This document shows positions 44,970-55,545 of a DNA stretch of 64,000 nucleotides, one piece after another. Position 1 is the stretch's first letter. Every line of letters starts with the position of its first letter. The stretch is from Oopsacas minuta (Eukaryota; Animalia; Porifera). The position numbers were made by a program, and so were the translations under genes. The notes beneath the pieces were generated by a model, which searched no databases, was not told the origin of the DNA, and saw nothing but the letters and a program-made list of their open reading frames with translations. The stretch is taken from contig JAKMXF010000066.1 of the NCBI GenBank assembly GCA_024704765.1, positions 1 to 64,000 of the forward strand, given 5' to 3'.

Positions 44970-46067
44970 TTACATATCTATCAATTGGATATAATCGTTA
45001 TGCAGTATCTTATCCAAGATATATTTGGGAATAGAGGTCAGGTATTCAATTGCCTCTATTTCTAATTTTCTCTTAACTTCTCCCATCTTTGTGAGTTCAT
45101 CTTGTGCAGGTCTACTGAGTTTTGGTAAAAATGTTTTAATATTACTTTTATGTATGCTATGATCTGATTTGTTCCATTCCATCCAAACATGCTGGGGAAT
45201 AGCTTTAGAATCAGTCACATCAGAGAAATGCACTCCCATCCATTTGATATTTATCGTATAGTGTGCTGTTTCTAATCCTAACCCGAAAGAGCCAAATCTA
45301 TATGTGAATAGAATTCTAACTCCATGAGGATTATAATCAAACAGACCGAGAAATGGGACGGATAGATCCTCTTCAAGCTTTTTTAGTATCTTTCTAGCTC
45401 CGAGTGAAGGGTATCCGCATCCAGTAAATATTACGCATGGAATTTTTTCCCATATACTGTCCTCACAGAGCAGATTGAATATGGCGTCTTTCTCAACTAC
45501 TATGACGTATCTAGCTCCAAGAGATTTGAATTTTACTTCTTTTACAGAACCAGGCAATCTCTTACCGCCGAGAGAAGTATTAGAACAGTCGCAATACAGC
45601 CCTGGTTCAATCCACTGTACAAGACCAGCAATAGCTCCAGAACTGCTTCCTATTATCCCTAAACATTCTCTTTGACATTCAAATAAACCCATTATGTCTA
45701 CGAGCCTTTTGGAAAATTCACTTTGATTTGAGAAAAAGGTTTTAAGAAAGTAATAAGCTTCCCTCAGAGTGACTTCTTTGTCAGAAGTAACAACCATGTG
45801 AATGTAGTTAATTACAATCCAAAGTTTTACATATTTATTCGATAGTTGTTTCGATTTCTTGGAGAGGAGGGTCTTTTCCTTTTTCTTTTTACCACAATGA
45901 AGAATTCCAGAATCGTTTAGAATGTAATTATCTTTGCTATTTACAAGGAGAGATAAAGGAAGATCTTTCTCTTGAGACAGTTCTCTCGCAATGCTCAGTG
46001 CTAGTAGTTCTATTTTATTGAGTATTTCACCTTTTAATAGATAATTTGCTGTCACAATATTCTGCAT
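44970..46067 (-). CDS. SPO11: SPO11/TopoVIA-family meiotic nuclease with SPO11-2-type signatures, single exon
   Basis: Catalytic Tyr motif VTLREAYY, toprim ARYVIVVEKDAIF, IPCVIFTGCGYP, FDYNPHG, FGSFGLGLE..HY..NIKW, KLEIEA. Confidence 0.93.
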   Translation of the reverse strand: MQNIVTANYLLKGEILNKIELLALSIARELSQEKDLPLSLLVNSKDNYILNDSGILHCGKKKKEKTLLSKKSKQLSNKYVKLWIVINYIHMVVTSDKEVTLREAYYFLKTFFSNQSEFSKRLVDIMGLFECQRECLGIIGSSSGAIAGLVQWIEPGLYCDCSNTSLGGKRLPGSVKEVKFKSLGARYVIVVEKDAIFNLLCEDSIWEKIPCVIFTGCGYPSLGARKILKKLEEDLSVPFLGLFDYNPHGVRILFTYRFGSFGLGLETAHYTINIKWMGVHFSDVTDSKAIPQHVWMEWNKSDHSIHKSNIKTFLPKLSRPAQDELTKMGEVKRKLEIEAIEYLTSIPKYILDKILHNDYIQLIDM

Positions 46068-47667
46068 ATTTTCAGTACCTTTAGTATACTCAATATTATT
46101 TTAATTATTATACTATTCAAGACATACTTCTATGGCATGAACATCTGTATTTGATTGTGTGGCTTAAATCAACTCGAAATATCGACAATATGAAGGTATT
46201 AGCATCCAGACGTATGAATTTCCTAAAATATAGCTACATCTATGACCATTAGAACCTTACTAAAAACAGCTCAGAAAGAATGTTGAAATTCTTTTTAATG
46301 ATTAAAGTACTTCAATAATTGCATTCTGTAAGCCAATGATTATAGAATTATTATTATTATCGGTGATATATTCTTGTATTTCGATTTTACATCAGTGTGT
46401 GGGCCCCAAGGACGGATTCAATTCAGAGTTAATTCCCATACTCAGCCCTTTAATTCCAGAAATCAAGGGCTTAATTCCCATTCCCATTCCTTGGAATGAG
46501 AATTACTGGGGGTGACAACCTTTTGAGCCTTCGGGCTAAATTGAGTTATTCAGCCTAATACCTAAGCCAAACGATAGAGCATACGTGATAACAGAATCAA
46601 ATCTCTAATTTTCCTATTGACAGTTCATGCAGAGGGCAAATAATCTCCAAAGGTAGGTGCGTATATGCCTGCAAAGTACTTTATAAATGAGAGAAAATAC
46701 GTAAAGTACTCATGTTTCTCAAAATTTCTGAATATACTCAACTAAACTCAACAAAGTATAATATACACAAGTTACTGAGTAATCAAAATAGTGGATTGAA
46801 ATAAACAAAAACAACAATTAGCGTTTGTCATAGCATTCTTAGAATGTTCTGCACTTGTTTGATCTATTAATTCGATAAAAATTCTTCCATCACACCCAAT
46901 AAAGCTTCAAAATACAAATCGCAAGAAGTACGGACACTAAGCAGGCCAAAATTCCAATCAACAATCGTAATAGTGTGGTAAATGCAAAAATACAACAATT
47001 AACGATTATTATTACCTATTCGAATTCTATAAAAATACTTACACAAAATTGCCTTAGATTATAAAAATCAGTGTATTTGGAATTATTTTGTAAAATTTGA
47101 ATCGATTTGGATTTTTTCGATATTTGCAATTTTCTCATATAAATTATGTTAAAATGAGGCGAAACTAACATTTGATTGATTATTTTAATGGCAGATTATG
47201 ATTTGTAAAAATACAATGTGCATGCATAGTTATCACTATACATATATATATATATATATATTGAACTATCTATTCTACCATCCAATCGAGGAATATTTTG
47301 AAAAATTATATTTGTTATTATGATCATTATTTAAATAAAATCTATAATTAGGAACCTAGACTCGGGGCTGGGGATTGGTAGGGCCTGAGTCATGTACAGC
47401 ACTTTTCTATTAGTCTCTGTGGAGAGCAGAATTATTGGTATGTTCATAGCCTCACCAACCCTACCATTGCCTACGCCATGTATAATATTATGACTTTATC
47501 AATTTGTAAACCAAATATTGACATAAGATTGGGGGGGCGTCCTCCCCCCACGCCACTGCGAATAGTTCATATTCGGTATTCTGTTGAATAAGAAAGAATA
47601 TTATCAGTATTCGTATCATCTTCCAAATTGTTTTACGTATTTTTAATCCGAGCTGAGCGAGGAAAAA

Positions 47668-47820
47668 TATAAATTACAATCTTTCCGACAGCTATCAATT
47701 ATATGTTTAAAAAGTGGCACTATGTGTGCTCGGGTTAAACCTCTCCAATTATTAGTGCCACGTTTTTTAAACAATTTTAATTGACAGACTAAGCTGTCAG
47801 CACATATTGTAATTTTATAT
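47668..47820. repeat. Palindromic MITE family D, diverged copy 2
   Basis: Shares AAAAAGTGGCACTATG, CTCCAATTA-TAGTGCCA and GACTAAGCTGTC with 29449-29637. Confidence 0.7.
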
Positions 47821-48099
47821 TTTTTCCGCTTAACTTCTTGGTTATTTGTTAGGGAATAAACTTGTCGTAGATTATACCACTTACAAATTAATCACTGTTT
47901 CTCTACCTTTGTCGAACAGTGGCACACTCATTTCACTTAATATTTTCAATGCACAATTGTAAGAGTGAATACGACTATAGTAAAACTATGGTGTCAATAT
48001 CTCCAAGAGATAATTATAAGATAATGGTGTGTAAATATTGGTGTTATTAATTACTGTGTGCCTTCTGTTCCTGAAAGTGAAAACAAAAAATTGTTCTTT

Positions 48100-48560
48100 T
48101 ATAACGAAAATGATGGATCCCACCAGAGTTGGAGTTGGGTACTCACAAGTTCTTGAGTACCTTTTAATTGAGTACTTGTGTTTGAAAAGTATGAATAGGA
48201 CATCGTGACGTATTCAGTTAACATTTCCTTGATTACGCTTTGGTACTGCCACGAAAAAATTTGTCTTGACAATTGCGTGACAGTACTCAATCACAGTGCT
48301 ACCCTGTAGGTATAATAGTAACTCCAAACAGTATGATTGTACTCTAGAAGTGTTTAACTGATAGACTCGTGTGTTCCTCTGATGTAAGATAGTATAGTTT
48401 GCCCAATGAACTTCATATGAATCCAGCAAGGGATATTCTCGACAGCTAACCTTTGTAGCCACAATATCAAGATATTCTCTCCCACAGGCGAACAAATCCA
48501 TACCATAGGGAAGGGAGGATATGAAATCACAAGACTATACCTTTTCAACATTGTGGTAGT
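48100..48560 (+). pseudogene. Decayed NHL-repeat gene relic
   Basis: 48420-48520 reads DPARDILDS*...HNIKIFSPTGEQIHTIGKGG, nucleotide-similar to 37048-37145 (DQAGNILISD...QDIKIFSLSGEMIHTMGRKG); many stops. Confidence 0.65.
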
Positions 48561-48981
48561 TCTAGTTCTGATTTAGGAACAAACTAGGCTTGATTTAGCC
48601 AATATATATTTACAATCCTTACACCTAGATTTTAGAATGTATATATAGATATCATATGTTGCAGTGTATGCGGATACACACAGGTGTACAACCGCACAGT
48701 GCTTTCAATGTATATATTCAGGGTATGATAGAGACATTTTTGCTGGGGGGGAATTCAGGCCATGTACCCTATACCCATTTCAAATATTGTAAAATTTTAT
48801 TCATTATCAATTCATGTAATTAATTCTGGGTGGGGGGGATATCTCAGGGTCCCACCCTCTATATCAAACACTGATATTATATTTGTTTGTCCGGTTGGAA
48901 CATCCAAAGCAATGATAGTCTATTGCGATTTTTGGACCAAGGACAGCGTATATAGCTATTAATTATCAAATAACTTGTATG

Positions 48982-49152
48982 AATAGCTCAGCTATACTAT
49001 AGTACAGTTTTGTGTATTAGCTTTTCTATCTTCGAGGAAAGGTCATTTTTTTGGATTAATGAAAGTCACCTTTTCGAATGAGGGTATGGGTTTTTTGTAT
49101 TACAAAAACTGTACTATACTACATCTCAGCTATATATATATAAGGAATCTCT
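48982..49152. repeat. Interspersed MITE family A, copy 2
   Basis: Aligns by eye over its whole length with 1944-2114. Confidence 0.7.
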
Positions 49153-50954
49153 TAATTTATACAAGGAATCCAATTTTTCCCCTAAAATGATACACTTTTT
49201 GCTCAAATAAATGTATTAGTGATATATACATTTATCTACAATCCAAATTTACATCAATTTCAGGCCGAAATGACGTCACCAGATTGCTTACTTGACATTT
49301 TTATTTCCAAAAATGTCACATTTGGGAGCTCTGTAAAGGGTCGATTATTGCATATACGAACACATAAATGTACCATGGGGGATCTCGGGATATTTGCATT
49401 CAAAATATAAAAATGTTGTCATGATAACGTTTGCACGTTCCAGACCGATGTCAACATTCCACGTTAAAGCCAGATCACCTCACTACATATACTAATGGTA
49501 TATCTTTCATTTTGTAAGTTAGTATCCGTATTGGTGAATGCATCTCAAATATAACGTTAATACGTAGTACAGTAAACTTCTATTCTAACACATTTGATAC
49601 GAAACTTCGGTTATAACGAAGTGATTCTTTACCTCCTGTATCTTGAAAGTACAGTCAACTCCCGTTATATCACGTAACTCCATATATGGGAGTAATTATC
49701 GCGGCCCCTTGAGCTGCGATATACGTAACGTGATTAGATGGGAATTGATTTGACACCGCTTACAATGAAATGCCGCTTATAACGAATGAAACTGGGATCT
49801 TGAGCACTTCGTTCGTTATAACGAGAGTTTTCCTAGTTCATTAAATACTAGACACTTAGGTGCAAAATATTCCTATTAATAACTAGGTGTTGTTACAGTA
49901 TTATAGATTTTGACCCATTTAATGCTAGGTTTTGATACCATTCCCATGTACGAACCGAAGTACGTCTTCATTTCTATTTCGCAAAAGCATTATTCGAAAT
50001 TGTACGAGTACTTTTGCCTCAAAGAGAACTCCAGTATTCTCTATCAACGTTGCAACAAATCGAGATGCAATTTAAACTCAAATAAATATCCATGTGATAG
50101 CATCGGACTGGATTACTGCTGGATAAAATTCCTTCTACCGTCCCAGTTTCCGAGGATATCCCTGATGGGAAGCAAGTAATTTATTTCCGGGAATGTAAGT
50201 CCTACTCACGCGCGACATTTTTATCTGATAAATTTTGAAATTAAGTATGTCGTACGTCATATAATATTAATACCTGTCATCACTAAAGCGATTAGCTTCG
50301 TAAATGTTTGTCTTGCCTTTGGCTTTGGGCCGCCCTGAAATATTACTTCAGGGCTTGAACTTGGCAAATCAGACCATAACGACATTTTTGGCTGCTAAGA
50401 TCTGAAAACAGAATACATTTTCAATTGATTATAATGAACAAATAGAAAATTTGATACGAATAATAGAATAAAATAGCTATTTTTAGTATCATATGATAGG
50501 TCCAGGCATTCCCGCAACTAAATTCCCAACTCCCTAGTCAGGGTGTGCGAAGATGACTTCTTGTCCACCCGTCCAGCTCTTTTAGTATTATGGTGGAGCT
50601 GAATCTGAGTGGGCTCATAAATTTCAGGGGGGCACCCAAAATGGCTCTAGCTGCGCCTATGGGTCCGGGTAACATCCAGAGTTGCAGGTAAAACCTGGGT
50701 AAGCCTCTGGGCAGCCCGAACATTTCCGCTTGCCCGGTTGGTTACGATACCTATGCCTTTTACGTACTTACCAACCCTTTCTAACTATTTCCCTGTATTC
50801 TTATCTCAGATTTCTAATTTTATATGCAAACAATATGAATTTTCATTATTTTGTCAGAAAATTGCCAGAAATATCCAATATTTTTCCATATCATATCTAA
50901 TCCCAGTTAGGTTGGCAATCATGCTTTTATTAATGTCATATTGACTATAATTAG

Positions 50955-53900
50955 GATGGTTAGTTTAGAAGGAAAATACTCACATCTCTCAAGGGAGGAG
51001 AGGAATAATCTTTCTGAACAGGGTAGAGATACATTGTCTCGTTTGAGAGTAAAACAGAAAGTTGGGACCAACAAGGATAAAATTGTGGAGGAATTGAGAG
51101 AGGAGCATACGAGAGAGATTGAGAGAATCATTGCTTCAGGTTGTTAATTCACTCATCTATTCAATACTTACATCTATGCTATCAAAACGCGATTACTCTA
51201 TCTATGTGTATACTAGCGCGCTTTGCTTGATAGGTCGCTCCGTGAAAACTTATCGCCTCCGGTTAGCTTAAACAGCTAAATTTTTGATGCTTTTGGTTGC
51301 CACGCGACATGTTTACCACTGTAACTCTGGAACGCGCTAACTCTATCATAACCATATTTTGATATTATGTACTAAAACATCATGGGATGATCCCATGAAT
51401 ACAATATTCAGAGCTTCCAAATGGGGCATTTTTGGAAATAAAATTGTCTAAAATTCTATTTTTTGTCCTAAGCGTCTCAGTACAAATCGATTAAAACAAT
51501 TAATCCAAATATATTTTTAATTATGGACCCCTGAATTAATGAGAATAATATTAACACACTCCTGTTTTGGGTATATGTTATCTGTCTTATGAAAGTCCGT
51601 GTACCTCAGCTAGAGCAATTTATGGTGGAATATTATCAAACTGGAGATCATATCCCCGGGACAAATCCCAAACTTTGTGCAATTGTGCCTATTACTAAGT
51701 TATATACTCAGAATTATAATATTGTATGTATACGATATAAGGTGAAGAGGAGAAGTCTCGGGAGTTGTCACTGCTATCAGAGGAACTCACTAAGCACTAC
51801 AAGTACCACATAGAGCAGTTAGAACACAGACTACAGCTGGCTACTGAGAGTGATGACGTCACAACTGATGGAACTGATATATCTCATTACAAATCTCAGA
51901 TAGAGAAAAACGCTAGTAGACAAGTGGAAGAGTATTACCAGCAGTGTAGAGACGAAGTGGAGAAGCTACAATATGAGATTGCTGAACTGACTGATGAGAG
52001 AAATCAGGTATTTAGTGTGTACGACAACCGATTGCATAAATTGGGCTTAACTAACGTATTGTTTAATGCGTACTGCATACTCTTGATTCCTAGAAATACA
52101 CTCTCTATTAGCCTATGTGTCTTGTGAATTAGTTACATAAATTTCCCTGATTCATCCCTGATCTTAGTCAATACATCTCAAATTTTTGCATTGTTTTTGC
52201 ATATCGTTTCTTCAAACCTTTAGTTGTGTAAGTAAAAGTTTGAAGAATTGATTAATAAAAGTTCAAAGATAGCTTATTGGAAGAAAGATTACACAATTTA
52301 TATCTCGGACATGAAAAACATAATGAAAACCTATTTATGAATTATTCGAAAAAACATATGAAAATGGGTTAAGAAATTGATTTAAAACCAAATGTGCTGA
52401 ATATTTATGCAGTATGGATGAATAGAAGAGATTTTCCAAGGAAATACGAAATTTACAAAAATCTAAAAAATTCAAATTTTTGATTAGGAATTTTTAGAGG
52501 TTAGGTTTCAAAATGTTGTCAGGGTAATTGGGTACGTAGAGTCCGTTCTGAGAATTTGAGAGTCTGAAAGTTAAATCCACAGATTTATCATATTAATAAT
52601 CATATTCTCACACCTTTTTTGCATATTATTCAAAATTATACTGGAGATTTCGTTTTACCCCTTCGAGGAAAGGTCATTTTTCGGATTAACGAAAGTCACC
52701 TTTTTAAATGAGTGTATAGGGCAGACTACTAAGTGATGACGTCATAATTTCATCATCACAGTTTATACATAGTTATAATCTAGATCTTTTGAAAAATTGT
52801 TGGACTGATACAAGCTAATGACTGATTAAGTAAATTCATTGTATTCTTTGACAAGAAGGCTGTTGCATATAAAAAATCAAATTTTGATCAGAGTAGAATT
52901 TGAGATTTTTTGAGGCAGCTTGTATAATAACACACTCTAATATATGTAATAGGCAGTTGATGATGCAAATACTATGGAGAATGATCTTTCTGTGTCTCGC
53001 AGAGAGATAGAGTCCCTGTTACAGAAGCAAGTCAATATCAATAACAAGGAATCTGAGTGGAAGAGGGACAGAATCATGTTAGTACAGAAGCTACAGGAAG
53101 CTGATACTAAAGTTATTGGTCTAGAGAGGATACTACAAGAGAGAGATGAAAGGAGTATACTGCTCTCAACTGAGAGAGATGAGGCGAGAGAGATTCTAGC
53201 TAGCAGGGAAAAGGAGAAGATTGTAAGTGTGCTATTTATCTGATCTAAATCATAATGTATTTTAAATGGATTCTGGGCTTGTGAATGATGGTTGGAGGGA
53301 ATTTCTCTACAGAAAGCTTTGTTCGAAGGGAGTATTCGTCGAATGGTAAACTAGCCAGGAATTGTGTGTAAGGTTATTTATCTCGTTCGTAACCATTTAC
53401 TGAAGTTAGTGTGCCTAAAATTATAGATGAAAGATGTGTGGCGCTGTTTGAAGAGGTTCAGAAACACTACTTTAAAACATTTAATATCATGACATATTGT
53501 ATAATACTAGCCTTTGGCTCGCCGCTTCGCGATGAACTTTCGCATTGCGCCTCGAGGTATCCATTATTCTCCAAATTGACGGCCCCTTTGAGTATTATAT
53601 TATAGATATATTTAGAACAATGTAATTCACAAATATAAGCATATGGCATATATATATATATATATATATACGAGCCTTTGGCTCGTCGCTTCGCGATGAA
53701 CTCGACACATTACGCCTCGAGGTATTCAACGAACAAACAAACAGACAAACAACGTTTGAGATTTAATAATATTCATGTTGTTTACAATATTCAGACTCAG
53801 CATACTCATTGCCCCAGTATAGTCGTTGAAAGTATGATTCTACCTCAATTTTGAAATTTGTTTACTTTATATTCATAAAAACAACAATTAATTTACATAT

Positions 53901-55545
53901 GGTTAATCCAAAAGTGTGAAAATCGGATTCAGCATTTTGATATATAATTTAGTGAAGGTTTATGGATTCTATTTACTTCCTTGATAAACACGATAAATTC
54001 ATAGTTTTATCGTGTCAATTTCAAAATTGCATACCGTAAGTCCTTTCCTTGACAACGGACAAACAAACAAACAAACAAACAAGAATAGAGATTTAAGACA
54101 ACAATTTAGATTATACATACAGGCTTGCTCTCAACGGCTACAAAGGGAGTTGATCTTACATAATAATTCAATAACATATATGCCATATACGTATATTGTG
54201 AATTATATTGTTCTAAATATATCTAGATTATAATACTCAAAGGGGCAGTCAATTTGTAGAATAATGGATATCTCGAGGCGTAATGCGAGTTCATCGCGAA
54301 TCGACGAGCCAAAGGCTCGTATAGATTATTATGATATGAGAGATGTTGTCTAATTACGAAATATGGATGTACTTTTGCCTCAATAAGAAAATCCTGGGGA
54401 GAACCCTGCATACTAATGCAAAATCGAAGTCATATTTTGTAAATCGCCAATATCTCTCATAACAATTATATCTGTTCTAGGCTCTTTCCCAATACTTCAC
54501 ACAACAAGTGGAACAGCTGGAGAGAGAGCGCGTGCAGTTGTCTGAGAATGCTGAAAAGAGAAATAGCGAGTTGAGAGGATATGATGTAGAGATTGAAGAG
54601 CTGAGAGAACTACTGGAGAGGAAGGAAGATGAAAAAAAGAAATTGACACAGGAATTTCTTACAAACAGAGGAGCTACTGATGAATGTAAAGAGCTAAAGT
54701 CACAGCTAACCAATCATATTGCAGAGAAACAGGAGATGAATTCTCAGTTATCTACTATGACGTCAGAAATGAATAGACTAGAGAGAGAAGGGGAAGCTAA
54801 CTTGTCTGTCTTTCAGACTGAATTAGAAGGAGCTAGACAGGAATTAGCTACTCTTAAGAGTGAGAATAATCAATTGCAAGGTTATGTTTCTAACCTGACT
54901 GATGATAAGGTGTCGCTATCAGATAAGTTACACGCTACAAGCAATCTGAATGAAGAGCTAGAGGATAGGAATGCTCAGTTAGATCAACAGCTGAGTAGAC
55001 TAATGGATACTAATGCTCTCAAGAAAGAGAGAGAAGCTGAGTTGGAGAAGTTGCTAGTTTCAGCTGGGCAAGATAAAATAGATCTATCAGTGAGATTATC
55101 AAAAGCAGAACAGAGTATTACACGAGTTAAAGAATCTCTGAGAGGTGAGATAGAAACGTCTGCCAGAGAAGTGAGAGAGAAATCTACAGAGGTCTTTTCA
55201 CTGAGGACTGAGCTTAATCAGAAGGAAATAGAAATATCTGATTTACAAACTCAGAGAGACAATCTTAATATTAAAGTTGCTGAACTTTTAACTCAGCTTC
55301 AGGATCTTCAGGTAGATGATAGGATGAGTCATAACTCCATAATGACATCAAATACGTCAAATGTGATTAGTCTTAAGAGTGAATTAGCTACTGGTAAGGC
55401 TTGTATTCGGGCTTATAGAGAAGAGAGGAACTTTCTAAAATCAAGAGAAGGACTAGATCATGTATTCACTTGTCTCAGAGATATACAACAGAAAGACAAC
55501 GCATATATCATGACCCTTTCTAAGAAGATAACTTCTATGAGCTAA
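50955..55545 (+). CDS. Multi-exon coiled-coil protein; exons 50955-51139, 51742-52007, 52953-53222, 54481-55545
   Basis: Three GT-AG introns (51140-51741 phase 1, 52008-52952 phase 0, 53223-54480 phase 0) join E/K/L-rich ORF pieces in frame. The start is either ATG 50956 (594 aa) or an upstream exon. Confidence 0.85.
53507..54319. mobile_element. Cluster of Helitron-like fragments in opposite orientations inside an intron
   Basis: Minus-strand 3' ends at 53507 (CTAG) and 53671 (CTCG), plus-strand 3' end at 54319 (CTCG); 53507-53650 is an inverted copy of 54179-54319; (TA)n at 53648-53670. Confidence 0.7.

Noticed and set aside
48719-48873. hAT MITE with CAGGGTATGATAGAG-like ends
   Set aside because: TIRs are degenerate and the 8-bp flanks do not match.
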